Shown: positions 1 through 9,212, counted from the stretch's first letter. The stretch is 54,442 nt of DNA from a virus (IMGVR_UViG_3300021197_000088:1-54442); one strand, 5' to 3'. The notes: generated by a model not told the origin, from the letters alone. Program-made: numbers and translations.

Positions 1-339
1 GTGCAGGGCAGTGCTGAATTGTCTGCCAAGTTCCGCAAGGTAGAAGCCTTGTATCTGGAGCTACACGGCAAACGTATGGGACGTGAAGCCTTCTATGACA
101 TGTGCCTCAAGTATGCCCGTGCTACAAAGGCAGATGTTGGTGGATACCTACAGTACATGGCACAGGACATTGCTGGCATCTTCCTCGACAAGATGCACAG
201 AGAGATTGGTAAAGAGGTACGCCTCAATCGCCAGCGTAAAGAGCAACGTACCGATGGTATTGTAATCAGTCTAGGTACACACGACTTGAGTACTATGGAC
301 TTAGCTAGAGCCAAGACAGGCAGAAAGGTAGCGGCATAA
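1..339 (+). CDS. Hypothetical early protein, probably 5'-truncated by the window edge
   Basis: Open frame from base 1; stop overlaps the next ATG (TAATG). Confidence 0.7.
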   Translation: MQGSAELSAKFRKVEALYLELHGKRMGREAFYDMCLKYARATKADVGGYLQYMAQDIAGIFLDKMHREIGKEVRLNRQRKEQRTDGIVISLGTHDLSTMDLARAKTGRKVAA

Positions 340-518
340 TGTATTGGGAAGTTGGTATTAAGATGGATGGGATTAGTGGTGTGTACGATGTACACCCACA
401 GCCCTTGGAGCAACCTATCTGGAATCATGCTGTAGAACATGCACTTGACATGGCACAAGCACTGTATCCAGAGAAGCATATTGAACTAGAGTTCGTGAAG
501 GAGTATGACAATGAGTAA
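339..518 (+). CDS. Hypothetical protein, 59 aa (MYWEVGIKMDG...)
   Basis: Read manually; TAATG coupling upstream and overlap with the next start. Confidence 0.7.
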   Translation: MYWEVGIKMDGISGVYDVHPQPLEQPIWNHAVEHALDMAQALYPEKHIELEFVKEYDNE

Positions 519-663
519 CATACACAATGACGCAATCATGGAACGTCTGTATGATGAGGCATATGAGGAGTTGTGGGGTTCTTACTTGATAAACAGCCAA
601 GAACAACACCACTATGTTGCATTAGAATGGGCAAAGAAACGCTTTGAGGAAGACTATGACTGA
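511..663 (+). CDS. Hypothetical protein, 50 aa (MSNIHNDAIMERLYDEAY...)
   Basis: Read manually; AAGGAG Shine-Dalgarno upstream. Confidence 0.7.
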   Translation: MSNIHNDAIMERLYDEAYEELWGSYLINSQEQHHYVALEWAKKRFEEDYD

Positions 664-787
664 GTGCGTGACAGCACTATGCGTATACAACCAGATGCCG
701 TGGGACAGTGTATTTGTCGGCGGTTATCTGCTTGTATGTGTAGTCGCAATATGTTATATAATATATGAACTGTATAAGGATGGATGA
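656..787 (+). CDS. Small membrane protein, 43 aa (MTECVTALCVYNQMPW...)
   Basis: Read manually; GAGG SD; one hydrophobic segment. Confidence 0.6.
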   Translation: MTECVTALCVYNQMPWDSVFVGGYLLVCVVAICYIIYELYKDG

Positions 788-788
788 G

Positions 789-1004
789 ATGACAACCGAA
801 AACCAAGCAGACAACTATTTTAATTGTGTTGACCTAATCAAAACGCTAAGTGCTAACAATGCACTAGGTTTGCAACGTGTCCATGATGGCACAGACAACG
901 AGGATACTGTAGCAGATTTGTTGTATGACGTAATACACAATCTGTATATCAGGCGTGGCTTGGATAAGCCAGATTGGGAAGCATTACGTGAGGACTTGAT
1001 ATGA
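789..1004 (+). CDS. Hypothetical protein
   Basis: ORF track 765..1004; start moved to the ATG right after the previous stop. Confidence 0.65.
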   Translation: MTTENQADNYFNCVDLIKTLSANNALGLQRVHDGTDNEDTVADLLYDVIHNLYIRRGLDKPDWEALREDLI

Positions 1005-1189
1005 CTGACCCCAACCAAATAATAGAAGTGCGTGAGATACACACAGGCAAACACTTCGACATGACTGTAACTGACCTACTTACAGAGATAAATCGTGACA
1101 GGTCAGACCAGTGGACACCATACAATCTTACTGACTGGGAAGAAGGCTGGTATGAATGGTGTGATGGTGACTATTATGAAATCGTTTGA
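1001..1189 (+). CDS. Hypothetical acidic, Trp-rich protein
   Basis: GAGG SD, ATGA overlap, EINRDRS motif. Confidence 0.75.
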   Translation: MTDPNQIIEVREIHTGKHFDMTVTDLLTEINRDRSDQWTPYNLTDWEEGWYEWCDGDYYEIV

Positions 1190-1418
1190 TACACCTAGAC
1201 CACCAGAGAAAACATGGGCAGATGCCAAGCTGTATCGCTGTGACCTATACGACACACGCTATCCAGTATGCGGCACACGCCTTGTATGGGTCAACGTAGG
1301 CTGGAAGTGGGTGCGACTATGCACACCTATCCAGCACGACAAGTGGCGTATCAGACGTGCTGAGTGGGATAAGATACCACATGATTTATTTGTAAAAAAG
1401 GAGATTGATGATGCCTAG
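1176..1418 (+). CDS. Hypothetical protein
   Basis: ORF track 1095..1418; start moved to MKSFDTP, overlapping the previous stop region. Confidence 0.7.
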   Translation: MKSFDTPRPPEKTWADAKLYRCDLYDTRYPVCGTRLVWVNVGWKWVRLCTPIQHDKWRIRRAEWDKIPHDLFVKKEIDDA

Positions 1419-1548
1419 ATATTTAGTAACGGTTAGCGCAGAGATTGAAGTAGAAGCAGGTGATGAAACAGAGGCAGAAATTACTGCCGCAGAATGCTTT
1501 GACTTTGGTAGTGTAGACTTTGATGTAGAGGAGATTGATGATGCCTAA
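1411..1548 (+). CDS. Small acidic protein, 45 aa (MPRYLVTVSAEIEVEAGDETEA...)
   Basis: Read manually; GGAG SD; resembles the next gene. Confidence 0.75.
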   Translation: MPRYLVTVSAEIEVEAGDETEAEITAAECFDFGSVDFDVEEIDDA

Positions 1549-1717
1549 GTACAGAGTAACTGCCACTATGGATGTGGGATACGAAGCTATTGTTGAAGCA
1601 CCTGACGAGGATACTGCATGGAGTATAGCACCATCATGCACAGGATGGGTGCAAGTTGATGAGGGACATGACTGGACACTAGAAAGTATACAGGAGATTG
1701 ATGATGATGATAACTAG
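1541..1717 (+). CDS. Small acidic protein (MPKYRVTAT...VEAPDEDTA), probable paralogue of 1411..1548
   Basis: GGAG SD; shared MPxYxVT and VEAxDExxA pattern. Confidence 0.75.
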   Translation: MPKYRVTATMDVGYEAIVEAPDEDTAWSIAPSCTGWVQVDEGHDWTLESIQEIDDDDN

Positions 1718-1898
1718 AGAAGAATTTTGGGAATGGATGCATACGATGCCAAGCCTATTAATTTATGAAATACTACAAGATGAATGTGACATTGTTAGTA
1801 TACGTTTTCATTTTAGTGAGGAGGATGCTGAAGAAGATGAGGACGATTGGGACGATGGAACTGAAACATATCATAGGCGGGTGAGTGATGGCTGCTAA
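1704..1898 (+). CDS. Hypothetical acidic protein
   Basis: ORF track; GGAG SD inside the junction repeat. Confidence 0.7.
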   Translation: MMITREEFWEWMHTMPSLLIYEILQDECDIVSIRFHFSEEDAEEDEDDWDDGTETYHRRVSDGC

Positions 1899-2058
1899 CC
1901 TCGTGAAACATATTTGCGTATACTGCAAAAGTGTACAGTACATACCAACACAACTGCGTAACCTGATAGACAAGATGTATTGTTACGTATGTGGTAAGAG
2001 CATTGAGGAAAGAATACCCAAGTATCTGGGTGGAAAAAAGGAGAATGATGATGCTTAA
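1888..2058 (+). CDS. Small zinc-ribbon protein, 56 aa
   Basis: Read manually: CVYC...CYVC. Confidence 0.7.
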   Translation: MAANLVKHICVYCKSVQYIPTQLRNLIDKMYCYVCGKSIEERIPKYLGGKKENDDA

Positions 2059-2332
2059 ACTATACAACCTAATCATGGACACAAGGTATAATCCCCTGTC
2101 CCATATACCTGATACAAATACACGGCACATGGTCATGCAGTTGCTGGCTTGGATGTGGTGTATTATATTCGGTATGTCTGTCGGGTCTATCACTGTGTTT
2201 GGCATCAGTGTAGTAGCACATGCCTTGCTGATAGCAGGTGTGTTCATTACGGCAGGTGTATTTGAAACAGCTAGACGTAAGCCTAACTATTTCGGTGGGC
2301 TAGGCAGAGGCAATGGGGGTGAGCATGATTAA
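2051..2332 (+). CDS. Conserved marine membrane protein of unknown function
   Basis: NPLSHIPD...QLLAWMWCIIF motif, two hydrophobic helices, GGAG SD. Confidence 0.8.
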   Translation: MLKLYNLIMDTRYNPLSHIPDTNTRHMVMQLLAWMWCIIFGMSVGSITVFGISVVAHALLIAGVFITAGVFETARRKPNYFGGLGRGNGGEHD

Positions 2333-2513
2333 CACTGTATTGACAGACATATGGATACTTGCCTGTCTAGGCACAATCCATACAAACACAGTAGAACTAG
2401 AGGTATGGTCAGGACACAAATGGATTTCACAGTGTCATGTAGAGTCCACTGTGCGTGGCTTTGACTATCCAGACCAACAATGCTTTTGCATAGAGAGGAA
2501 GGACGATGATTGA
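2325..2513 (+). CDS. Small Cys-containing hypothetical protein
   Basis: ORF track 2313..2513; ATG overlaps the previous gene end. Confidence 0.6.
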   Translation: MINTVLTDIWILACLGTIHTNTVELEVWSGHKWISQCHVESTVRGFDYPDQQCFCIERKDDD

Positions 2514-2562
2514 GATAATCGGGGCATTGATAATAGCTAACATAATACTTTCAATATTTTAG
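2506..2562 (+). CDS. Possible 18-aa hydrophobic micropeptide MIEIIGALIIANIILSIF
   Basis: Purine-rich SD; fills the gap between two genes exactly. Confidence 0.45.
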   Translation: MIEIIGALIIANIILSIF

Positions 2563-2574
2563 AGGAGATATAAC

Positions 2575-2844
2575 ATGGCTAAGAAACTACATAACATGAC
2601 TACAGATGAACGCATTGAACACTTTGCAAAGGAACGTGCGAAAGAGAAGTCTGAACGTGCAGTCAAGATGAATAAGTTATCTTATCAACAACGTATGGCT
2701 GTTATCGAAGTACACAAATTGCTTGACAGCATACTTGACATTGCGCTGTACCCAGACATGGGTGGCATCAAGATGGTGTCTGCCTATGACCTGCAAGAAC
2801 TGTCCGATGCAAAGGACATACTGGAACACCAATTTAATCTATAG
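2575..2844 (+). CDS. Hypothetical protein
   Basis: GAGGAG SD, 89-aa ORF. Confidence 0.8.
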   Translation: MAKKLHNMTTDERIEHFAKERAKEKSERAVKMNKLSYQQRMAVIEVHKLLDSILDIALYPDMGGIKMVSAYDLQELSDAKDILEHQFNL

Positions 2845-2846
2845 AG

Positions 2847-2875
2847 TTGACAGATTATATCTTATATGATATAAC
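2847..2875 (+). promoter_or_regulatory. Sigma70 promoter
   Basis: TTGACA-17 bp-TATAAC with extended -10 TG, intergenic. Confidence 0.85.
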
Positions 2876-2906
2876 TGCACCTTCACAACCATAAAGGAGA
2901 ATAGAT

Positions 2907-3740
2907 ATGCCATTAGAATACATCCCAGAAAACCTAGACTTTGACGTAACCTTTGAGCCTACTCGTGTAGCTGACAAGAAGTATGTCATCGACAATAACA
3001 CTGGCGAACCTATCGCTATCGTGGGCAAGGACTTTACCTGTGCATCACATGGTGATTTCTTCCGTGATGTTATGTCAACTGTGACAGACAACTTGACTGA
3101 TGAGCAGACAGAGGGTGGGTCTATCGTGTGGCGTGATGCCCATCACAATGGCTGGGCTATGATGGACATGACTCTGCCTAACATGAAGCATACCATCGTG
3201 ACACCCAAGCACGAGACTGAGATTGCACAGCGCATCATTGCATTGCATGGTGTGGATGGCACGTGTTCAAACACTGTGCTGTTTGGTGCTATCGACTTCT
3301 TCTGCACCAATGGTATGATTCGTGGTGAGCATGACAAGCTACGCCGTAAGAACACTAGCGGCTTTAGCCTTGACAGATTCATCACACAGTTGGGCAAGTC
3401 TAATGATGACTTCACTAACTACCATCAGCAGATGCAACGCTGGGCTAACACTCCTGTGCATGTAGGAAATGTCAAAGCTATGCTTGAATCACTGCTCAAG
3501 TCTGACCGCACAGCAGACAAGATGCTTACCCTGTATAATCAGGAAGCAGGTGTGCGTGGTGAGAATGTGTGGGCATTGTACTCTGCCTTCACCAACTATG
3601 CCAGCTATGCTGATGAGCGTAACGGCTTCAAGCTGCGTAACACTGGCGGTGATACCAACGCTGTATCCATGATGAAACGTGAACACGAGGTGTCACAGTG
3701 GATTGAAAGCAAGCAGTTCAAGGAGTTGATTGCAGCATGA
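2907..3740 (+). CDS. DUF932/DUF945-like phage protein
   Basis: AAGGAG SD; HGVDGT...FFCTNGMI and NVWALYSAFT motifs. Confidence 0.8.
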   Translation: MPLEYIPENLDFDVTFEPTRVADKKYVIDNNTGEPIAIVGKDFTCASHGDFFRDVMSTVTDNLTDEQTEGGSIVWRDAHHNGWAMMDMTLPNMKHTIVTPKHETEIAQRIIALHGVDGTCSNTVLFGAIDFFCTNGMIRGEHDKLRRKNTSGFSLDRFITQLGKSNDDFTNYHQQMQRWANTPVHVGNVKAMLESLLKSDRTADKMLTLYNQEAGVRGENVWALYSAFTNYASYADERNGFKLRNTGGDTNAVSMMKREHEVSQWIESKQFKELIAA

Positions 3741-3955
3741 AGCGTTATGTAATACAGTTCGCACCTGAGTGGTGTATTGGTTGCCTATCCTATGATACAT
3801 ACGCCGCTTCAGAAGAGGCGGCACTTGCTACTATAGATAGGCTATTGAAAGAGGGTATTAAATCATGTGATGTAACCGCAGTAGATGTGTGGGAAGACGA
3901 TGACCCTGCGTGGGACATAGTACAAGGCGTTACAGAAATGGGGAGTTATAGATGA
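3737..3955 (+). CDS. Hypothetical protein
   Basis: ATGA overlaps at both ends; AAGGAG SD. Confidence 0.7.
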   Translation: MKRYVIQFAPEWCIGCLSYDTYAASEEAALATIDRLLKEGIKSCDVTAVDVWEDDDPAWDIVQGVTEMGSYR

Positions 3956-4830
3956 AGACAGTAAAACATCTTGTGGATAAGTACTACAATTCCAATGATT
4001 TCAAGATGTTACGAAGCAGAACTAAGAAGGACTATCAATACTTTCTTAGTGTCATGGTAGATGATTTCGGCTCTGTGAAATTTTGTGAACTCACAAGTAA
4101 GCAGGCTAAACATGCATACGAAGCATGGGTTGAGCGAGGCATTAGTCTCGCCAACCACGTCTGCACTGTATCATCTATCCTGTTTCGATACGCCATTGAG
4201 ATGGAGTACACTGCTATAAATCCGTTTGCAAATGTCAAGCGTAAAACTCCACCACAACGTAAGGTTGTATGGACAGAGGATGATGTGCGTCAGTTTCTTG
4301 ACATTGCATACAGTGACTTTCAGTGGCGTAGTATTGGATTGATAGTTCACATGGCATATGAATGGTGTCAGAGACTAGGTGACATGCGCTTGCTGACATG
4401 GGATAACATAGACTTGGAAGCTAAGAAGCTGTATCTTGAGCAGTCAAAGCGTAGGGCAGAGGTAACTTTGCCTATAGAAGATGACCTGCTTGAGATGCTA
4501 ATACAACAAGAGCAAGACTTCGGCTTTCAACAGTACGTTGTTCCCCGTACAATGCCCGTACAGGGGCAGTACGAACCTTATAGTATGGAGAGACTATCCA
4601 AAGCTGGACGGGCTGTCATGCGCGAAGCTGGGCTGTCTGATGAGCTACGGCTTATGGACTTGCGCCGTACTGGTACAACACAAATGGTTGAAGCTGGTGT
4701 TCCTATGGGACAAATCATGTCGGTTACAGGACATAGTAATCCACAGTCAGTAAAACCTTACATGAAAAATACATACGAGAGTGCAAATAATGCATTGACA
4801 ACACGTAAATCGTATGGTAAAAGCACTTAA
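3952..4830 (+). CDS. int: Tyrosine recombinase / integrase
   Basis: CQRLGDMRLLTWD (box I Arg), QSKR, DLRRTG, TGH and KPY catalytic motifs. Confidence 0.9.
   Translation: MKTVKHLVDKYYNSNDFKMLRSRTKKDYQYFLSVMVDDFGSVKFCELTSKQAKHAYEAWVERGISLANHVCTVSSILFRYAIEMEYTAINPFANVKRKTPPQRKVVWTEDDVRQFLDIAYSDFQWRSIGLIVHMAYEWCQRLGDMRLLTWDNIDLEAKKLYLEQSKRRAEVTLPIEDDLLEMLIQQEQDFGFQQYVVPRTMPVQGQYEPYSMERLSKAGRAVMREAGLSDELRLMDLRRTGTTQMVEAGVPMGQIMSVTGHSNPQSVKPYMKNTYESANNALTTRKSYGKST
4795..4823 (+). promoter_or_regulatory. Possible sigma70 promoter for primase/helicase, inside the integrase 3' end
   Basis: TTGACA-17 bp-TAAAAG with TG; weak -10. Confidence 0.45.
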
Positions 4831-4855
4831 CTGCCGCAAAGGAGAGTGATATATA

Positions 4856-5626
4856 ATGAATACTATATATAATATTATAAGTGATATAGATGTACCCAAT
4901 GGACAGACTAAACGTATGGACTGTCCTAACTGTGGTGGTTACAAAACTTTTACTGTTACTAATAACATGGGTAGTCTCGTGTGGAATTGTTACAAGGCTA
5001 CCTGTAATATACGTGGCGGTAATCGTATTCATCTAACTGTAGATGACATACGTTCTGGTATAGGTAACGTGGCAGAGTTTGCCGATGAGACATTCGACAT
5101 GCCTAGCTACGTTGTACCGCACAGAAACAAGCGCACCGTGCTTGCCTTCTGTTACCAGCACAAGCTAGACCCAGATGAGTTAGGTGTATTGTATGATGTG
5201 AAAGATGATAGGATTGTATTTCCTGTAGTACATGACGGTGTGACCGTTGATGCTACAGGCCGTGCCATTGGTAAGCGATTACCTAAATGGAAACGATATG
5301 GAAAAAGTGGCTTGCCATACACATTCGGATGTGGTAAAGTCGCAGTTGTTGTTGAGGACTGTGTGAGTGCAGCCGTGGTTGGTGGCAAATCCTTTGTCGG
5401 GGTTGCGATACTTGGTACATCTCTACAAGAGTCGCATAAAGGGTATCTCTCACAGTTCTCAACAGCCGTTATAGCATTAGACCCCGATGCTCTACCAAAG
5501 ACCTTGCAGATGGCAAAGGAATTACGTGGTCACGTAAACGATGTTCGTGTACTACGTTTAACAGACGATTTGAAATATCGTAACCCGACAGATATGGAGA
5601 ACCTAAATGGAATTATCAATAATTAG
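4856..5626 (+). CDS. DNA primase (zinc ribbon plus TOPRIM)
   Basis: CPNC...CYKATC; VVVEDCVSA; ALDPD. Confidence 0.88.
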   Translation: MNTIYNIISDIDVPNGQTKRMDCPNCGGYKTFTVTNNMGSLVWNCYKATCNIRGGNRIHLTVDDIRSGIGNVAEFADETFDMPSYVVPHRNKRTVLAFCYQHKLDPDELGVLYDVKDDRIVFPVVHDGVTVDATGRAIGKRLPKWKRYGKSGLPYTFGCGKVAVVVEDCVSAAVVGGKSFVGVAILGTSLQESHKGYLSQFSTAVIALDPDALPKTLQMAKELRGHVNDVRVLRLTDDLKYRNPTDMENLNGIINN

Positions 5627-6830
5627 AAGCCTTATGGATAAGTCATTCTATGATGACCATCGTGGTAGCAAATGCCCACCACGTTTGTTCAGCAAGGATG
5701 CCCGTAAGATTAAAGAAGCTATTGATACAGCTATGGATAGGTATGAGCGTACCGTTACACCCGATGAGGTAGAGGCGTTGTTCATGTCTAACAATCCAAC
5801 CCTGACCACAGCACAGAAGCAAGGCTATGCATCTATGTTTACTACCATCAAGCGTGAAGATGCTATGGGTAGTGATGTGGCACAGGAAGTATTGTCCAAG
5901 CTGTTTCAACAGGTAGTAGGAGAAGACGTTGCCAACATAGGATTTGATATGGTCAACGGTGACGCCTCTACCTTAGAACGACTACGCAATCTGCTTGAGC
6001 AGTATGGTGATGACTTCATACCCAATATGAATATTGAATGGGAAGACATCAGCATAGAAAGCATCATGGCGGCTGCAGACTTAGAAGCTAAATGGAAGTT
6101 CAATATACCCTCTGTTGTACGTAAGCTAGAGGGTGTGTCTGGTGGACACCTTATAGAAGTAGGGGCAAGACCCAACGTAGGTAAGACATCCTTCCATGCC
6201 AGTTTGATAGCTGCACCGGGCGGCTTTGCACATCAGGGTGCGCAATGCATCATACTATGTAACGAGGAGTCTGGTAAGCGTGTAGCTGAACGCTATCTCA
6301 ATGCTGCGTCAGGCATGTCACGTTACGAGATACGTGATGAGTTTGGTAAAGCATCTGCCAAGTACTATCCTATATCGCAGAACATCAAGATAAAGGAATG
6401 TCAGGGCAGAGACATGGCATGGGTAGAGTCTGTATGCAAGTCATACAGGCCAGACATACTAGTGCTAGACATGGGTGATAAGTTCAGTGCTGGCGGCAAC
6501 TATGCCAGACCTGATGAAGCACTCAAGGCTTGTGCTATCTACGCTAGGCAGATTGCTAAGACCTACGACTGTGCTGTGTTCTATATGTCACAGCTTTCTG
6601 CAGATGCAGAGGGACGTGCGCAGTTGAACCAGAGCATGATGGAAGGTAGTCGTACAGGTAAGGCAGCAGAGGCTGACCTTATGCTGCTGATAGGCAAGTC
6701 ACCATCTGTAGAGGGGCAAGAAGAAGAAAGCCCACTACGCCATGTCAACGTAGTCAAGAACAAACTAAATGGCTGGCATGGTATGGTGAACTGTGAACTA
6801 AACTATCTAACAGCGAGGTACGAAGGATGA
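5607..6830 (+). CDS. Replicative SF4 (DnaB/T7 gp4-like) helicase
   Basis: Walker A GARPNVGKT, CNEE, LVLD, MSQLS, KNK motifs. Confidence 0.92.
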   Translation: MELSIIRSLMDKSFYDDHRGSKCPPRLFSKDARKIKEAIDTAMDRYERTVTPDEVEALFMSNNPTLTTAQKQGYASMFTTIKREDAMGSDVAQEVLSKLFQQVVGEDVANIGFDMVNGDASTLERLRNLLEQYGDDFIPNMNIEWEDISIESIMAAADLEAKWKFNIPSVVRKLEGVSGGHLIEVGARPNVGKTSFHASLIAAPGGFAHQGAQCIILCNEESGKRVAERYLNAASGMSRYEIRDEFGKASAKYYPISQNIKIKECQGRDMAWVESVCKSYRPDILVLDMGDKFSAGGNYARPDEALKACAIYARQIAKTYDCAVFYMSQLSADAEGRAQLNQSMMEGSRTGKAAEADLMLLIGKSPSVEGQEEESPLRHVNVVKNKLNGWHGMVNCELNYLTARYEG

Positions 6831-7186
6831 TTAAAATGTATACAAAGGATACTCTAGATGAGTTAGATGAGGATGTTGAATACTATAAACAACAATCTAA
6901 AGACCTATCCCTTACATGTTGGGATAAAGATGTGTATAGCGATAGGTATGCTAGACAGATAAAAAGACTAAAAAAATTGCGGAAGCTATTAGAACGTGGT
7001 CTGAAGGTAGAGTTCTTTGGACAAAAGAATTTTGGGTTGGTTGAAGTAAACAATAAATATGTAGTATGTCTACTACACAATCAGTGGAGAACTGTGCGCA
7101 AAAACAAATGGTATAAGCACAAGCAAGACTTAAATCATTTTATAGACAACTATATTTTAGGAGATAAAAATGAAGCTAACACTTGA
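6827..7186 (+). CDS. Hypothetical AT-rich protein between helicase and polymerase
   Basis: ORF overlapping both neighbours; visibly more AT-rich than flanks. Confidence 0.75.
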   Translation: MIKMYTKDTLDELDEDVEYYKQQSKDLSLTCWDKDVYSDRYARQIKRLKKLRKLLERGLKVEFFGQKNFGLVEVNNKYVVCLLHNQWRTVRKNKWYKHKQDLNHFIDNYILGDKNEANT

Positions 7187-9212
7187 TATAGAGAACACAG
7201 TCACTAAGCGTGATGGCAAGATGCACCTTGACCCGTTTGAGCCAGAGAACTCACTGACTATGGTGGGTATGCTAAATGACCAAGGTGTCAAACGCATCGT
7301 CACATTTGACCACAGTGATGTAAGTGCAGATGAATATGGTCACGTATTGGTACAAGAGTTTCTTGATGCAGCTACCGTACTCATATGCCACAACGCTGCA
7401 TATGATTTGATGTGGTTGTGGGAGTCTGGATTCAAGTATGATGGGCCAGTGTTTGACACGATGCTTGCAGAGTATGTATTGCAGCGTGGTATCAAAGAGC
7501 CACTGTCCCTTGAGGCTTGTGCAGAACGCTACGAGTTGGACACCAAGAAGCAGGACACACTTAAGGAATACTTTAAGCAAGGCTATAGTACACGGGACAT
7601 ACCGTACAACGAGTTGTGTGAGTACCTGTCTGCTGACCTTCATGCTACACAGCAACTGTCTGACAAGCTGATGTATCGACTGAATACAGTAGCTGACAGC
7701 GGATTACGTGGGACAGTAGACCTGACCAATCAGGTGGCTGTATGTCTAGCACGTATCTATCAGCGCGGCTTTGCTGTTGACCTATCTAAGTTGGATGAGG
7801 TGCGACAGGAGTTTGAGCAGGAGAAGAAGCAGCTTGAGGAAGACCTACAAGCTCACATACGTAAGCTGATGGGTGATACACCTATCAACCTGAACAGCCC
7901 AGAGCAGCTATCTTGGGTTATCTACAGCCGCAAGGTAAGGGATAAGCCGTATTGGGGCAATGCTATTGACCCCTACATGGATGACGCAGACTTTCGTAGC
8001 TTAATTGCAGGTGGTACAGAGAAACTCTACAAGACTACTGCACAACAATGTCGTACCTGTAATGGTACAGGATATATTAGAAAGGTGAAGAAAGATGGAA
8101 CACCATTTGCTAGACCAACAAACTGTAAGGACTGTAGTGGGTGCGGCTATCTGCTTGTACCTACTATGGCACTGGCGGGGCTAAAGTTCAAGCCCCCCTC
8201 ATCTAAGTGGGCAAGTGCCAACGGCTTCAGTACTAGCAAGCAGAACCTAGAGATACTAGAGTCAGCAGCCAAGCAACGTGGCATGGCTGACGCTGTTGAC
8301 TTCCTATATAAAGTGCGCAGACTGAGTGCAGTTGATACGTACCTGTCATCCTTTGTTGAGGGTATAAGTACATATACAAAGCAGGATGGTAAGCTGCATG
8401 TACGTTTGCTTCAGCATCGCACAGCTACAGGCCGCTTCTCTGGTGCAGAACCCAACATGCAGAACATGCCCCGTGGCGGCACGTTCCCTGTAAAGAAAGT
8501 ATTTGTGTCACGATTTGCTGGCGGTAGGATTATGGAAGCTGACTTTGCACAGCTTGAGTTTAGGACTGCTGCCTATTTATCACAGGACAAGGTGGCGATA
8601 GATGAAGTATCTACTGGATTTGATGTACACTCATACACCGCTAAAGTTATTACCGATGCTGGTCAACCTACGGATAGGCAGACTGCGAAGGCTCACACGT
8701 TTGCACCGCTTTATGGCGCAACGGGCTTTGGGAGAACGGCAGCGGAAGCAAAGTATTACACACACTTCACAAACAAATACAAAGGAGTCTCAGAATGGCA
8801 TACCCGACTGGCTAAAGAGGCTGTGAATACACGTAAGATTACTACACCAAGTGGGCGTGAGTTCTCATTCCCCGATGTAGTGCGTAAGGTTAGTGGGCGT
8901 GTGTCACACTTTACGCAGATTAAGAACTACCCCGTGCAATCATTTGCTACTGCAGATATTGTACCGATTGCTTTACTACACATAGATGGCTTGTTAGATA
9001 ACATGCGGTCATGTATAGTAAACACAGTGCATGATAGTATTGTTATTGACATACACCCTGACGAAGAACAACAGGTAATCAGTGTCATAGACGCTACTAA
9101 TAAAGCACTACCTTATCTCATCACCCAACGATGGGGTGTTGAGTTTAATGTGCCTTTATTATTAGAGGCAAAAATAGGTCCGAATTGGCTTGACACCAAG
9201 GACGTAACCTGA
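7170..9212 (+). CDS. polA: Family A DNA polymerase with 3'-5' exonuclease and DnaJ-like zinc finger insertion
   Basis: LDIE, HNAAYD, TATGRFS, EADFAQLE, RQTAKAHTFAPLYG (Phe at the 762-equivalent), VHDS; CRTCNGTG and CKDCSGCG. Confidence 0.96.
   Translation: MKLTLDIENTVTKRDGKMHLDPFEPENSLTMVGMLNDQGVKRIVTFDHSDVSADEYGHVLVQEFLDAATVLICHNAAYDLMWLWESGFKYDGPVFDTMLAEYVLQRGIKEPLSLEACAERYELDTKKQDTLKEYFKQGYSTRDIPYNELCEYLSADLHATQQLSDKLMYRLNTVADSGLRGTVDLTNQVAVCLARIYQRGFAVDLSKLDEVRQEFEQEKKQLEEDLQAHIRKLMGDTPINLNSPEQLSWVIYSRKVRDKPYWGNAIDPYMDDADFRSLIAGGTEKLYKTTAQQCRTCNGTGYIRKVKKDGTPFARPTNCKDCSGCGYLLVPTMALAGLKFKPPSSKWASANGFSTSKQNLEILESAAKQRGMADAVDFLYKVRRLSAVDTYLSSFVEGISTYTKQDGKLHVRLLQHRTATGRFSGAEPNMQNMPRGGTFPVKKVFVSRFAGGRIMEADFAQLEFRTAAYLSQDKVAIDEVSTGFDVHSYTAKVITDAGQPTDRQTAKAHTFAPLYGATGFGRTAAEAKYYTHFTNKYKGVSEWHTRLAKEAVNTRKITTPSGREFSFPDVVRKVSGRVSHFTQIKNYPVQSFATADIVPIALLHIDGLLDNMRSCIVNTVHDSIVIDIHPDEEQQVISVIDATNKALPYLITQRWGVEFNVPLLLEAKIGPNWLDTKDVT

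Larger units (their letters stand above)
1400..2055 (+). repeat. Gene-junction repeat GGAGAWTGATGATG, 4 copies (1400, 1530, 1693, 2040)
   Basis: Read directly; each copy encodes the EIDD/ENDD end of one gene and the SD plus ATG of the next. Confidence 0.85.
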
